Source: Candidatus Marinacidobacterales bacterium
Lineage (GTDB): Bacteria > Acidobacteriota > Vicinamibacteria > Marinacidobacterales > DATDRI01
Length of the DNA: 64,000 nucleotides
Reading direction: 5' to 3'
Assembly: GCA_965219415.1 (NCBI GenBank)
Contig: CBDCNP010000002.1
Coordinates: 3,584,001 to 3,648,000, forward strand
In this document: positions 1 through 9,475 of the stretch, one piece after another
Position numbering within the stretch: position 1 is the first letter of the stretch
How the letters are laid out: the number at the start of each line of letters is the position of its first letter
Notes under the pieces: generated by a model
What the model saw: the letters and a program-made list of their open reading frames with translations, nothing else
What the model was told of the DNA's origin: nothing
Databases searched by the model: none
Program-made: the position numbers and the translations under genes

Positions 1-28
1 TTGGGGGACCTCGCGGTCATCCAAAGGT

Positions 29-82
29 CGTCTGGTCAAAATACTCGAACGCCCAGCGGGTCAGCAGTTTGCACCTTTCCAA
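29..82. repeat. Orphan left end of a CGT-terminated mini-element, cut off next to IS481-like copy 1
   Basis: CGTCTGGTCAAAATACTCGAACGCCC...GCACCTTTCCAA is nearly identical to 7189-7242. Confidence 0.65.
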
Positions 83-87
83 AGGCC

Positions 88-1371
88 TGTCCATCATCAT
101 TATTTGTCCGGGACTGGACTCTAGGCCCGGACTGCCCTCGAGCACATGCTGGAGAGCGTGGTCAGCGCGCGAGGGAAGGTGCTGAGGACGAACTTCGGCG
201 ACCAGCCGAGTAACGCGAGCCGACCAAGCTGACTCAGGCTGCCTCTCGCCACTCGTATCGATGGTGCAATCCACCGACTCGCGGCAGTGCGACGACTTTC
301 GCCGTAGGAGACGGTCGGTGCGTGACCGTTCTCAAGCTCGGTGTGTCCTTGTTCAGCCCCAAGTGGCAACGGTCCTCATGATAGTAGCTGATGTAAGCTC
401 GCACGAGCCGGATGAGATGACATGCACCGAGAACCACGACGTGCTCAAGGAGCTCGCGACGGCAGCTGCCGACCCACCGCTCCGCGGTTCCGTTTTGCCA
501 TGGGCTGCGAAACGAAGTGCGAACGGGTTTTGTGCCCGTTGCCTTGATGAACTCGATGACCGCAGCGTTAAAGATAAAGTCGCGATCGAAGACGAGATAT
601 CTCGGAGCGGTGTCGTAGGGAAACGCCTCGCGTAGTTGCTGGATAACCCAAGCAGACGTCGGGTGGAACGTGGCGTTGAAGTGAACGATGTGCCGACGAC
701 CGTGCTCGATGATGAAGAAGCCGTACAGCAGCCGGAGCGAAGCGGTGGGCACGGTGAACAGATCCATGGCGGCGATATCGTCTTTATGGTTGCGTAAGAA
801 CGCCATCCATCGCTTCAGCTGGTCGGGCTCCGCGGGACGCCGCGGCAGGTATCGCGACACCGTGCTCTCGGAGATGATGAAACCGAGCTTGGTGAGCTCA
901 GCATGGATGCGTGGCGCCCCCCAGCCGTCTTGTGCCATCGTGCGGACGAGGCGACGAATCTCGGCATCAATCCGAGGTCGACCGGGATGGCGGCGCTGCG
1001 AGAGCTTTGCCCAGTACCGTCGGAATCGGTCGCGATGCCAACGGGCCACGGTGTCCGCGTGGACGATGAGCAGGCGGCTCGCCCACACGGGCCACGAACC
1101 TCGAAGGGCAACCCAGAAAGCCCGTTCCGTGTCGTCGAGCGGTGGGCGTGGGCGCTCTTTCTTCAGCGCCGTCACTTGCTGCCGCAAAGCGACGTTCTCC
1201 AACACCAGGTCGGCGTGGTGCCGACACATCGCCCGAATGGCACGGACGCCAAGTGAGACGAGGAAGACAACAACGTCGAGCATAGCGGCAGAGTTTCGCC
1301 GTCTTCGGCCCGGAATTCAAGCGGAGCGTAAGTCCTTGATTTCGTGGGCGGAGCAGTTTTGACGATGCACG
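88..1371 (-). mobile_element. IS481-family-like insertion sequence, copy 1
   Basis: Ends TGTCCATCATCA (88) and TGACGATGCACG (1371) form an imperfect IR; near-identical to 2788-4073; one integrase-core ORF. Confidence 0.85.
234..1283 (-). CDS. Integrase-core (rve, DDE) transposase
   Basis: WGAPRI..EL HTH region, AMDLFTV (D), FDRD (D), SPWQNGTAERWVGSCRRE (E), C-terminal GGLHHRYEWREAA. Confidence 0.9.
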   Translation of the reverse strand: MLDVVVFLVSLGVRAIRAMCRHHADLVLENVALRQQVTALKKERPRPPLDDTERAFWVALRGSWPVWASRLLIVHADTVARWHRDRFRRYWAKLSQRRHPGRPRIDAEIRRLVRTMAQDGWGAPRIHAELTKLGFIISESTVSRYLPRRPAEPDQLKRWMAFLRNHKDDIAAMDLFTVPTASLRLLYGFFIIEHGRRHIVHFNATFHPTSAWVIQQLREAFPYDTAPRYLVFDRDFIFNAAVIEFIKATGTKPVRTSFRSPWQNGTAERWVGSCRRELLEHVVVLGACHLIRLVRAYISYYHEDRCHLGLNKDTPSLRTVTHRPSPTAKVVALPRVGGLHHRYEWREAA

Positions 1372-1392
1372 GGTCGCCCGGCGTCCGCACGA

Positions 1393-2679
1393 CTACTCAC
1401 ATACGATGCCGTCGTTGTCGGTGTCGCGCATGTAAGAATAGGCGGGGTGCCCTCGGTGCACGGGAGCGAGCCCGTGCCGTCGCGCTTCAGCACAGGTAAT
1501 CCGCCCATTACCATCGTCGTCCCATTGCTTTAGCGCGTCGCTGTCTGATGGCGGCTCAAACATCTGGGCCGGCGCATCGGTCATCGGCACTACCCCTATC
1601 GCAGTTGATGTGTACCCGTCGAGCACGCGATCCTTCTTTGTTCCCGGCTTCCACTTGCTGGCGAGATGCTGGGCCTCCGCGGTCTGCTCAGGGGTCATCC
1701 TCTCCTTCACAAGATCGCGAGCTTCTCTCGCATTTTCATTTCCTCTAGCCTCTGCAAGGTTGAACCACATATGGGCTTGGATATCATTTTGCGGCACGCC
1801 CTCGCCGTTGTAATACATGAACCCGAGCTTGAGTTGCGCTGAGGCGTATCCCTGCTCGGCGGCCAGCCGGTACCACTTCACTCCCTCGCCATCGTCTTGC
1901 GGCACGCCCTTGCCGTTGAAATACATGACGCCGAGGTTGTACTGCGCTGAGGCGTATCCCTGCTCGGCGGCCAGCCGGTACCACTTGACCGCTTCACCGT
2001 AGTCTTGCGGCACGCCCTCGCCGTTGGAATACATGACGCCGAGGTTGTACTGCGCCGAGGCGTATCCCTGCTCGGCGGCCAGCCGGTGCCACTTCACTGC
2101 CTCGCCATCGTCTTGCGGCACGCCCTCGCCGTTGGAATACGTGACGCCGAGGTTGTACTGCGCTGAGGCGTATCCCTGCTCGGCGGCCAGCCGGTACCAT
2201 TTGACCGCTTCACCGTAGTCTTGCGGCACGCCTCTGCCGGTGCCATACATGACGCCGAGGTTGTACTGCGCTAAGGCGTTTCTCTGCTCGGCGGCCAGCC
2301 GGTACCACTTCACCGCCTCGCCATCGTCCTGCGGCACGCCCTTGCCGTTGGAATACGTGACGCCGAGGTTGTACTGTGCTGAGGCGTCTCCCTGCTCGGC
2401 GGCCAGCCGGTTCCACTTGAACGCTTCACCATCGTCTTGCGGCACGCCTCTGCCGGTGCCATGCATGAACCCGAGGATGGACTGTGCCAAGGCGTGTCCC
2501 TGCTCGGCGGCGTTGCGGCAGGCCTCGACTCGTACGACAGGCTCGCGCTCGCTGTTCAAGCAGATGTCTAGGGCCGCTTCATTCTGGGCCCAAGACGGAT
2601 TGGCACCCGCGAGAAACCATGCCAGGAGACCGCATGTGACCGCAAGTAGGAGTGCGGTTCCTTGGAGCGTCCCTTTCAT
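1393..2679 (-). CDS. Secreted Sel1-like repeat protein with C-terminal Excalibur Ca-binding domain
   Basis: Signal peptide MKGTLQGTALLLAV...SWA; 7 Sel1 repeats (AQYNLGVMY.NG.GVPQD..EAVKWYRLAAEQG); C-terminal C..AR..G.AP..RG.PAY...RD.DNDGIVCE. Start placed at ATG 2679 because the longer ORF begins inside an IS-end remnant. Confidence 0.88.
   Translation of the reverse strand: MKGTLQGTALLLAVTCGLLAWFLAGANPSWAQNEAALDICLNSEREPVVRVEACRNAAEQGHALAQSILGFMHGTGRGVPQDDGEAFKWNRLAAEQGDASAQYNLGVTYSNGKGVPQDDGEAVKWYRLAAEQRNALAQYNLGVMYGTGRGVPQDYGEAVKWYRLAAEQGYASAQYNLGVTYSNGEGVPQDDGEAVKWHRLAAEQGYASAQYNLGVMYSNGEGVPQDYGEAVKWYRLAAEQGYASAQYNLGVMYFNGKGVPQDDGEGVKWYRLAAEQGYASAQLKLGFMYYNGEGVPQNDIQAHMWFNLAEARGNENAREARDLVKERMTPEQTAEAQHLASKWKPGTKKDRVLDGYTSTAIGVVPMTDAPAQMFEPPSDSDALKQWDDDGNGRITCAEARRHGLAPVHRGHPAYSYMRDTDNDGIVCE
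1744..2499 (-). repeat. Seven 108-bp tandem coding repeats (Sel1 units)
   Basis: CCCTGCTCGGCGGCCAGCCGG and GCCGAGGTTGTACTG recur with 108-bp period. Confidence 0.9.
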
Positions 2680-2713
2680 CCTTTTAATACTCGCACAACT
2701 CCCGCGTAGGTAC

Positions 2714-2767
2714 CATGGCAGGTCTAAAACGCGCAATCAACACCGGAGCGATTTTTCGCCGAGCACA
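2714..2767. repeat. Orphan TGT-type element end
   Basis: CAT(G/A)GCAGGTCTAAAACGCGCAATCAAC...GAGCACA matches 5344-5397. Confidence 0.7.
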
Positions 2768-2787
2768 ACTAAGCTGCCGATTTATGG

Positions 2788-4073
2788 TGTCCATCATCAT
2801 TATTAATCCGGGACTGGACTCTAGGCCCGGACTGCCCTCGAGCACATGCTGGAGAGCGTGGTCAGCGCGCGAGGGAAGGTGCTGAGGACGAACTTCTCGG
2901 CGACCAGCCGAGTAACGCGAGCGACCAAGCTGACTCAGGCTGCCTCTCGCCACTCGTATCGATGGTGCAATCCACCGACTCGCGGCAGTGCGACGACTTT
3001 CGCCGTAGGAGACGGTCGGCGCGTGACCGCTCTCAAGCTCGGTGTGTCCTTGTTCAGCCCCAAGTGGCAACGGTCCTCGTGATAGTAGCTGATGTAAGCT
3101 CGCACGAGCCGGATGAGATGACATGCGCCGAGAACCACGACGTGCTCAAGGAGCTCGCGACGGCAGCTGCCGACCCACCGCTCCGCAGTTCCGTTTTGCC
3201 ATGGGCTGCGAAACGAAGTGCGAAACGGGTTTTGTGCCCGTTGCCTTGATGAACTCGATGACCGCAGCGCTAAAGATGAAGTCGCGATCGAAGATGAGAT
3301 ATTTCGGAGCGGTGTCGTAGGGAAACGCCTCACGCAGTTGCTGAATAACCCAAGCAGACGTCGGGTGGAACGTGGCGTTGAAGTGAACGATGTGCCGACG
3401 GCCGTGCTCGATGACGAAGAAGCCGTACAGCAGCCGGAGCGAAGCGGTGGGCACGGTGAACAGATCCATGGCGGCGATATCGTCTTTATGGTTGCGCAAG
3501 AAAGCCATCCTTCGCTTCAGCTGGTCGGGCTCCGCAGGATGCCGCGGCAGATATCGCGACACCGTAATCTCGGAGATGATGAAACCGAGCTTGGTGAGCT
3601 CAGCATGGATGCGTGGCGCCCCCCAGCCGTCTTGCGCCATCGTGCGGACGAGGCGGCGAATCTCGGCATCAATCCGAGGCCGACCGGGATGGCGGCGCTG
3701 CGAGATCTTTGCCCAGTACCGTCGGAATCGGTCGCGATGCCAACGGGCCACGGTGTCCGCGTGGACGATGAGCAGGCGGCTCGCCCACACGGGCCACGAA
3801 CCTCGAAGAGCAACCCAGAAAGCCCGTTCCGTGTCTTCGAGCGGTGGGCGTGGGCGCTCTTTCTTCAGCGCCGTCACTTGCTGCCGCAAAGCGACGTTCT
3901 CCAACACCAGGTTGGCGCGGCGCCGACACATCGCCCGAATGACACGGACGCCAAGTGAGACGAGGAAGACAACAACGTCGAGCATAGCGGCGGAGTTTCG
4001 CCGTCTTCGGCCCGGAATTCAAGCGGAGCGTAAGTCCTTGATTTCGTGGGCGGAGCAGTTTTGACGATGCACA
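2788..4073 (-). mobile_element. IS481-family-like insertion sequence, copy 2
   Basis: Ends TGTCCATCATCA (2788) and TGACGATGCACA (4073); direct repeat of copy 1, offset 2700 bp. Confidence 0.85.
2935..3985 (-). pseudogene. Integrase-core transposase, frameshifted
   Basis: Split into ORFs 3146-3985 and 2935-3333; one extra A in GCGAAACGG near 3224 compared with GCGAACGG in copy 1. Confidence 0.85.
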
Positions 4074-4088
4074 GGCACACCACAGGGC

Positions 4089-4835
4089 TTAGGAGTCGTT
4101 CCGACACGATTGTTCGAACCAGCTTGCATATTCGCGTACTTTGCTCCACTAGACATTATCGCCGAATGCCTTCGCGACAAGTCCAAACACGCATATTGAA
4201 CGGTAGACATAATTACAAAAATCCTGCCGATGTGCTTGCTCTACCGGCGTCCCCAACGTGCCAGACATATGGAAGTGAGGTGGGTTGCCGCTATACAATT
4301 CCATGATTTGCGGTGAGGCGGCGTGAACATAGCCCGAGTAAGCTTTGTCGATCGTCCGGGAAGTTTCGTTCATTCGGCTCGGGTCGAACGGAGAGTTTGG
4401 AATGCTTGCAACGACATCGGAGTTGTGAGCCCGTATTTTCCTTCTCGGAATCATCTTCCGTTTCTGGGTTGATTCGAGTGCCGTGTCGGCATCAAATTCC
4501 TCTTCGAAGAACGCATCCAGAAATTCTCGATGTAGTGGGGTCAGATTATTGCTGCCACTCAGCAGAAAGAGGATGTCTTCTTGAATCTCGTCGAGTATTC
4601 TCTTGAGGGCACCGACCTCCTGACCGAATCCATGGTTCAAAAGCAGGCGGGTTGCGTAAAGAGTACTGACTAGGCGCGCAAGTTTCTGAACAATCGCTTG
4701 TGGAATAGACTTTTCCACGTAACGGAATATGAACCCATTCTTCGTGGCGATGCGGTCGGGTGCGGGGACGCGGCTAGCCAGTTCGTGGACCGTGTTCTCC
4801 ATGTATTTTAGCGCTTGCTCGTAAGTTTGGCCCAC
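4089..4835 (-). pseudogene. All-helical hypothetical protein (DUF5677/HEPN-like) with a premature TAG at 4149-4151
   Basis: GGAGGT RBS before GTG at 4835; YSGYVH motif; frame continues past TAG (WSKVREYASWFEQSCRNDS*); lower GC than flanks; family call tentative. Confidence 0.5.
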
Positions 4836-4905
4836 TGATGTTACCTCCACGTGCCGGGCTAGATTCTTATGCGTAAAACTTTCAGCGGAGTTGCACACCG
4901 CTGCT

Positions 4906-4975
4906 GGTGCTTCCGCCATTAAGTGTTGGTGAGATGACGCTAAGACTATACGCTGCATTAAATTATAGCCAAAAT
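4906..4975 (+). repeat. Partial copy of the 166-bp GGTGCTT-ended MITE
   Basis: GGTGCTTCCGCCATTAAGTGTTGGTGAGATGACGCTAAGACT...AGCCAAAAT matches 6935-7004. Confidence 0.8.
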
Positions 4976-5177
4976 GGTGCTTCCGCCATCAAGTGTTGCT
5001 ACGCGGCTGCGGGCAGTGGTTCAGGTACGGAAGAGACCGGGTTGCGCGCCCCCGTCCTGTGCCAAAACTCGGCCCAGCCGGCATCGACGAAAGAACTGCG
5101 CCTCTCGAAATCAGGCTAAGACTCTAGCACGCGAACAGGTTACGCGGCGGCCGCCAACACTTGACTGCGGAAGCACC
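4976..5177. mobile_element. ~200-bp non-autonomous element with IS1-like GGTGCTTCC termini
   Basis: Left end GGTGCTTCCGCCATCAAGTGTTG; right end CAACACTTGACTGCGGAAGCACC, which matches the IS end at 6091. Confidence 0.65.
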
Positions 5178-5302
5178 CCGTTGGTGTATCCGCCGGTGGG
5201 CATCGTCGGGGAACCGACTACAAAGAGGTTCTCGTGATCATGAGTCCGTCCGTAGCTGTCGCAGACGCTCTCCTCCGGATCCGTTCCCATCCGGCAACCG
5301 CC
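5178..5302 (-). pseudogene. Fragment of a GMC oxidoreductase C-terminus trapped between element ends
   Basis: GGCRMGTDPEESVCDSYGRTHDHENLFVVGSPTMPTGG is the typical GMC C-terminal motif. Confidence 0.7.
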
Positions 5303-5397
5303 TGTGATCCGCAAAAAAAGAAGATCGGCCAGAAGCAGCCGAACATAGCAGGTCTAAAACGCGCAATCAACGCCGGATCGATTTTTTGCGGAGCACA
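5303..5397. mobile_element. 95-bp MITE with TGT termini
   Basis: TGTGATCCGCAAAAAA ... TTTTTTGCGGAGCACA inverted repeats. Confidence 0.75.
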
Positions 5398-5958
5398 GCG
5401 GTTGCGGGCGGCGCTCTGTACGTCGTGACGAACTCCACCGTCCTGGCCGCGCCGTTCGCGGGCTCGCTGGTTAGCGGCTTGATGGGTATTGGCGGCCTTC
5501 TGCGGGATTACGATGCCGGGACAATAGACTGCGACCAGTTCGTCGAAATGGGGCACATCATCGCCTTGGACGTAGCCATCGCGGGGTTGGCGGCCGCGGC
5601 CGTCCATACGCTGATTCCGATTCCGCTGCTCGGCGCCCTCGTCGGCAGCCTCGCCGGCAAGTTCGTCGCCTCGGCCCTCAAGGACGGACTTGGGAAGTCG
5701 GAGTCGGCGTTGACCGCGCGGCTTGCCAAGTACGAGCGGTACGCCCTCGGGCAGCTCGACAAGGAGTTCCGCGCCTTCATGCGACAGTTGGACGCTCGGT
5801 TTGAAAACCTGGAACGCCTAGCCTAGGTTGCCTTCGATCAGTCGGTGAACGCCTCGCTTCGGTTGCGAGCCAGTATTGTACTTGCGGAGACCGTCGGCGT
5901 GCCTGACGCGCGGATTCTCCGTACGACCGGCGATCTCGATATCCTCATGACGAAGTGA
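5398..5958 (+). pseudogene. C-terminal fragment of a membrane-associated hypothetical protein with an internal TAG
   Basis: Hydrophobic LIPIPLLGALVGSLAG segment then an amphipathic helix; frame reads through TAG 5824-5826 to TGA 5956-5958; 5' part replaced by the MITE. Confidence 0.55.
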
Positions 5959-6018
5959 ACATGGACCCGCTGAGCAATCCAATCGACGGCCTGTCACCGG
6001 ACTTGTACGTCGCAACCC

Positions 6019-6041
6019 CGTCCTGTGCCAAAACTCGGCCC
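6019..6041 (+). repeat. Orphan element end CGTCCTGTGCCAAAACTCGGCCC
   Basis: Identical to 5053-5075. Confidence 0.6.
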
Positions 6042-6090
6042 TTTTGAAATAGACCACAAATCAGCAGCTTAGACGCCCTTGGAATCCGCG

Positions 6091-6934
6091 GGTGCTTCCG
6101 CAATTAAGTGTTGGCGGCCAGCCCCTAACCGGTCTGCGTGCTAAGTTTGAACCAGAATTCCGAAGACACAGTTCTCTCATCGTCAGGGCCGAGCCGAAGT
6201 GAAGAATCGCAGATGTCTCAATCTCGCATGTCCGTTGCGGGGCAAAGTCAGTTCCGGAAACATCGTTCGCCACGGATTCTACCGAACCAGGTCCGGGAAA
6301 CGCCGTCGATACCGGTGCGGCGAGTGCGGAAAGACGTTCTCTTCGACGAAAGGCACGCCCTACTACCGTCTCCAACATCGAAGAGCTACTTTCGATGGGG
6401 TCATCGCTCTCAGAGTCGAGGGTGTCAGCATTTCCTCGATTTCCCGGATCGAAGGGATTGCCTGGAACACCGTCGCCCGCTGGCTTGAGAAGGCAGCCCA
6501 AGTGTGTCGTCGATTCAATCACAGAAGGATCGCCGGCTTCGCTGCCGAAGAGCTTCAAGCCGACGAGATTCGCACGTTCGCGGGCAACAAGAAGACGCCG
6601 AGTTGGGTCTTCGTTACGATCGAGGTCTGGTCTCGGCTCTGGCCATCGACGGTGACGGGAAGGCGAAGCTACCGGAACACTCACGCTCTGTTTCGCGACC
6701 TTTCGAAGCGGATGAATTTCGGACGTCTTCCCCTGATCGTCACGGATGGATTCGAATTCTACCAGAAGGTCATCCGTCGCTTCTTCGGGCCAGCGTGTCT
6801 CTACGGCCAGGTCCTCAAAACGCGCAGGAACGATCGCATCATCAAGGTCGCACGCAGAGCGCTGCACGGAGCTGCGTGGCGATTTGATGACGCGCTCAAT
6901 AACTCCGAGGACTCCTCGACATTGAACACGTCGT
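6091..6934 (+). mobile_element. IS1-family element, 3'-truncated
   Basis: Terminal GGTGCTTCCGCAATTAAGTGTTGG at 6091 precedes a transposase; interrupted at 6935 by the 166-bp MITE. Confidence 0.75.
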
Positions 6935-6951
6935 GGTGCTTCCGCCATTAA
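6199..6951 (+). pseudogene. IS1-family single-ORF transposase (Zn ribbon + HTH + DDE), truncated
   Basis: CLNLAC...RYRCGECGKTFS Zn ribbon, GVSISSISRIEG HTH, QADEIRTF, TDG..FY; ends at LNTS just before the expected catalytic E. Confidence 0.8.
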
Positions 6952-7100
6952 GTGTTGGTGAGATGACACTAAGACTTTACACTGCATTAAATTACAGCCA
7001 AAATAGCGTTCGTGACCTTCGCTTCGCGCTAAATGGAGCGTAAGCGCCTTTTTTGCAAAGGGATGCGTACACATCACCAACAGCAAACAGCGCAAGCACC
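6935..7100 (+). mobile_element. 166-bp MITE with GGTGCTT termini, copy 1
   Basis: GGTGCTTCCGCCATTAAGTGTTGGTGA ... TCACCAACAGCAAACAGCGCAAGCACC; full-length inverted copy at 10353-10518. Confidence 0.85.
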
Positions 7101-7188
7101 AGTTCGTTTGTGTTTTTGGACACAACGAGATAGGCCGCGCCTACAGAGCACCGCGCCAGCTCTCGACTCTACCGCGCTTCTCCGTACT

Positions 7189-7273
7189 CGTCTGGTCAAA
7201 ATATTCGAACGCCCATCGGGTCAGCAGTTTGCACCTTTCCAACGGGAAGCCGCATGAGTATTTTGACCTCACG
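7189..7273. mobile_element. 85-bp MITE with CGT termini retaining a transposase tail (REAA*)
   Basis: CGTCTGGTCAAAATATTC ... GAGTATTTTGACCTCACG inverted repeats; CGGGAAGCCGCATGA just inside the right end. Confidence 0.65.
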
Positions 7274-7341
7274 GCTTCAGTAGTAGGTAGGGGAGAGACC
7301 CATGCTTCGTGAATTACTCACCATATTTCGTTTCGAGAATC

Positions 7342-7403
7342 GGTGCTTCCGCCATTAAGTGTTGGTGAGATGACGCTAAGACTCTACGGTGCAGGTGCTT
7401 GCG
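7342..7403 (+). repeat. Partial 166-bp MITE end followed by a GGTGCTTGCG stub
   Basis: GGTGCTTCCGCCATTAAGTGTTGGTGAGATGACGCTAAGACT at 7342; GGTGCTTGCG at 7394. Confidence 0.7.
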
Positions 7404-7619
7404 CGTCGTGTCCAAAAATACAAACGAACCCAAGACCTGCGCGCCGGGACGTTTCGGATTAGAGATGTCTAGGCTTGGTTGGCAATGGGAGCTAGAATGA
7501 GAGGTCTGCTCGGGAGCGCCTATCACAGAGCCAGTGCCACGTCGGCTGGTCTCTGCGAATTTCGAGAACGCCTCTAGGATTCGAGCTTTCTGGCTCCGTT
7601 CGTATTTTCGGACACGACG
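7404..7619. mobile_element. ~216-bp MITE with CGTCGTGTCC termini
   Basis: CGTCGTGTCCAAAAATAC ... GTATTTTCGGACACGACG; related orphan end at 7102-7127. Confidence 0.6.
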
Positions 7620-7639
7620 CGTTCGCCGGCACACGCAGG

Positions 7640-7701
7640 CCAACTGACACTAGCATTCGAATGCCTCTAGCGGCGTAGCAACACTTGATGGCAGAAGCAC
7701 C
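7640..7701 (-). repeat. ~62-bp IS1-like end, inverted relative to 8623-8685
   Basis: Reverse complement GGTGCTTCTGCCATCAAGTGTTGCTACGCCGCTAGAGGCATT.GAATG matches 8623 onward. Confidence 0.8.
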
Positions 7702-7729
7702 TCAGTCACCAGCTCAATTCGACAGTACC
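7702..7729 (-). repeat. Remnant IS6 end
   Basis: TCAGTCACCAGCTCAATT(C/T)GACAGTACC matches 9448-9475. Confidence 0.8.
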
Positions 7730-7853
7730 GAAAATGGTCCTCTTCGACGGTTCCCGAGCTTCTTTCGAACCGATCTTCAGGATGGTGATTGCGAATAGTG
7801 TCGTTCATTCTTGACGCTACGAACCGGCTAGTATATCCCTTATGTAACCGGAG

Positions 7854-8603
7854 GTGATTGTGAGCACGGATGTCGTCCTTTATGAATCCAAGAACAACGT
7901 CGCGGTCATCACGCTGAATCGGCCGGAAAAGCTAAACGCCATGAACGACGACATGTGGGGTGCTCTTGAGGCCACGTGGCATCGGTTCAACAATAGCGAG
8001 GACCATGCAGCCATCATCACCGGAGCCGGAGACAAGGCGTTTTGCGTGGGCGCCGACTTGACGGAACCGACCCTCGAGGTTTGGCGCGGGATTCCGGGTA
8101 ACATCGTCGATGTCGAAAAGCCGGTCATCGCGGCGGTGTTCGGGCACTGTCTCGGTGGAGGTCTCGGCTTCGTCCAGTTCTCCGACATTTGCGTGGCGGC
8201 AGAAGACACGGAGTTCGCGTTCCCCGAAGCCAAAGTCGGGCTCGCTATCGGAGCGGCCAGCTCGCTGGTGGTTCGAATCCCGCACAAAATCGCTATGGAG
8301 CTCATGCTGACGGGCGAGCCCATTTCGGCTGCCCGGGCCTACGAGGTCGGGCTGGTCAACAAGATCGTGCCTCGGTGCGAGCTCATGAACGTCGCGATGC
8401 AATATGCCGAGCGGATCGCCGAGAACGCACCCTTGGTCGTCGGCATGATGAAGCGCTACGCCCACGAAGTGATGCCGACGGGACCCGTCGAGAACGCGGC
8501 CATGTGGCGCCGCGAGCCCGAAATGATCTTCGCGAGCCGCGACGCGAAAGAGGGCTTGGCCGCCTTCCGGGAGCGCCGCAAACCCAAGTTCATCGGCATC
8601 TAG
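7854..8603 (+). CDS. Enoyl-CoA hydratase/isomerase (crotonase) family protein
   Basis: ITLNRPEKLNAM, AFCVGADL, KPVIAAVFGHCLGGG, FPEAKVG, EGLAAFRERRKPKF; GGAGG RBS. Confidence 0.92.
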   Translation: MIVSTDVVLYESKNNVAVITLNRPEKLNAMNDDMWGALEATWHRFNNSEDHAAIITGAGDKAFCVGADLTEPTLEVWRGIPGNIVDVEKPVIAAVFGHCLGGGLGFVQFSDICVAAEDTEFAFPEAKVGLAIGAASSLVVRIPHKIAMELMLTGEPISAARAYEVGLVNKIVPRCELMNVAMQYAERIAENAPLVVGMMKRYAHEVMPTGPVENAAMWRREPEMIFASRDAKEGLAAFRERRKPKFIGI

Positions 8604-8669
8604 GTCCTGGGAATCAGTCCTGGGTGCTTCTGCCATCAAGTGTTGCTACGCCGCTAGAGGCATTTGAAT

Positions 8670-9475
8670 GGTATTGTCAAGTTGGCGTTGAGCGAGCGAA
8701 CCTATCGCGTCGAGCTGATTTCCTTTGCTCTCATCGGACGGCACAGGTTACCTCCTGCCAGGCGATGAAAGCGCGGTCTCGTAGCTCCCGATGATGATGC
8801 GCTTGCAACAAATGCCGTCCGACGCGAAAGAGGTTTTGCACGAGTCCATGCACGGTCAAGAATCGTTGCGCCTGCCCAGGAGTTTTAAACTTCCGCATCT
8901 GTCGTTCCCGTTGTCGCGTCGGTTCGTGCGAGACTTCGGCTAGGTTGTTTCTGTACTGGTCAGTGTCGTGGACGACGGACGGCATGACCTCGCGGTGAGC
9001 GGCACTGTAGCTTCTCAGTTTGTCGGTGACCAGCTGCCAAGGCGGGCGGCCTTGCCCTTTCAACAGCTTGCGGAAGAATCGTTTGGCGGCTTTCTGATCA
9101 CGGCGAGGCTGGACGAGGATATCAATCACATCACCATCTTGGTCTACCGCGCGCCAGAGGTATTGGCGTTCACCTTGTATCTTTATGAAGACCTCGTCTA
9201 GGTGCCACGTGTCACCGAGACGACCTTGCCGACGCTTCAGTCGCCGAGCGTATTCCGGCCCGAACTTGATGCACCAAAGTCGGATCGCTTCGTAGGAAAC
9301 CGTGATGCCTCGCTGAGCAAGCAGCTCTTCGACGTCTCGAAAGCTCACGCAGAATCGGTGGTAGAGCCAGACGGCGTGGCTGATGATTTCCGGTGGAAAT
9401 CGATAGCCGTGGTAGCTTGGCGCATCGGTTTTCATTGGACCATTCTGTCAGTCACCAGCTCAATTTGACAGTACC
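8670..9475 (-). mobile_element. IS6-family insertion sequence (~806 bp)
   Basis: IRs GGTATTGTCAAGTTG (8670) and CAATTTGACAGTACC (9475); no target duplication seen. Confidence 0.9.
8731..9435 (-). CDS. IS6-family transposase
   Basis: RFPPEII..AVWLY.RF..SFRDVEELLA.RGI.VSYE, WHLDEVF, YLWRAVD, VTDKLRSY, NNLAEVSH. Confidence 0.95.
   Translation of the reverse strand: MKTDAPSYHGYRFPPEIISHAVWLYHRFCVSFRDVEELLAQRGITVSYEAIRLWCIKFGPEYARRLKRRQGRLGDTWHLDEVFIKIQGERQYLWRAVDQDGDVIDILVQPRRDQKAAKRFFRKLLKGQGRPPWQLVTDKLRSYSAAHREVMPSVVHDTDQYRNNLAEVSHEPTRQRERQMRKFKTPGQAQRFLTVHGLVQNLFRVGRHLLQAHHHRELRDRAFIAWQEVTCAVR

Noticed and set aside
1744-2499. Diversity-generating retroelement TR/VR pair
   Set aside because: The repeats are in-frame Sel1 units, differences are not adenine-specific, and no reverse transcriptase is present.
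6061-7125. 354-aa minus-strand ORF and similar ORFs containing SSHQHLMAEAP
   Set aside because: These are shadow frames across the IS1 transposase and MITE; the shared peptide is just the translated inverted repeat.
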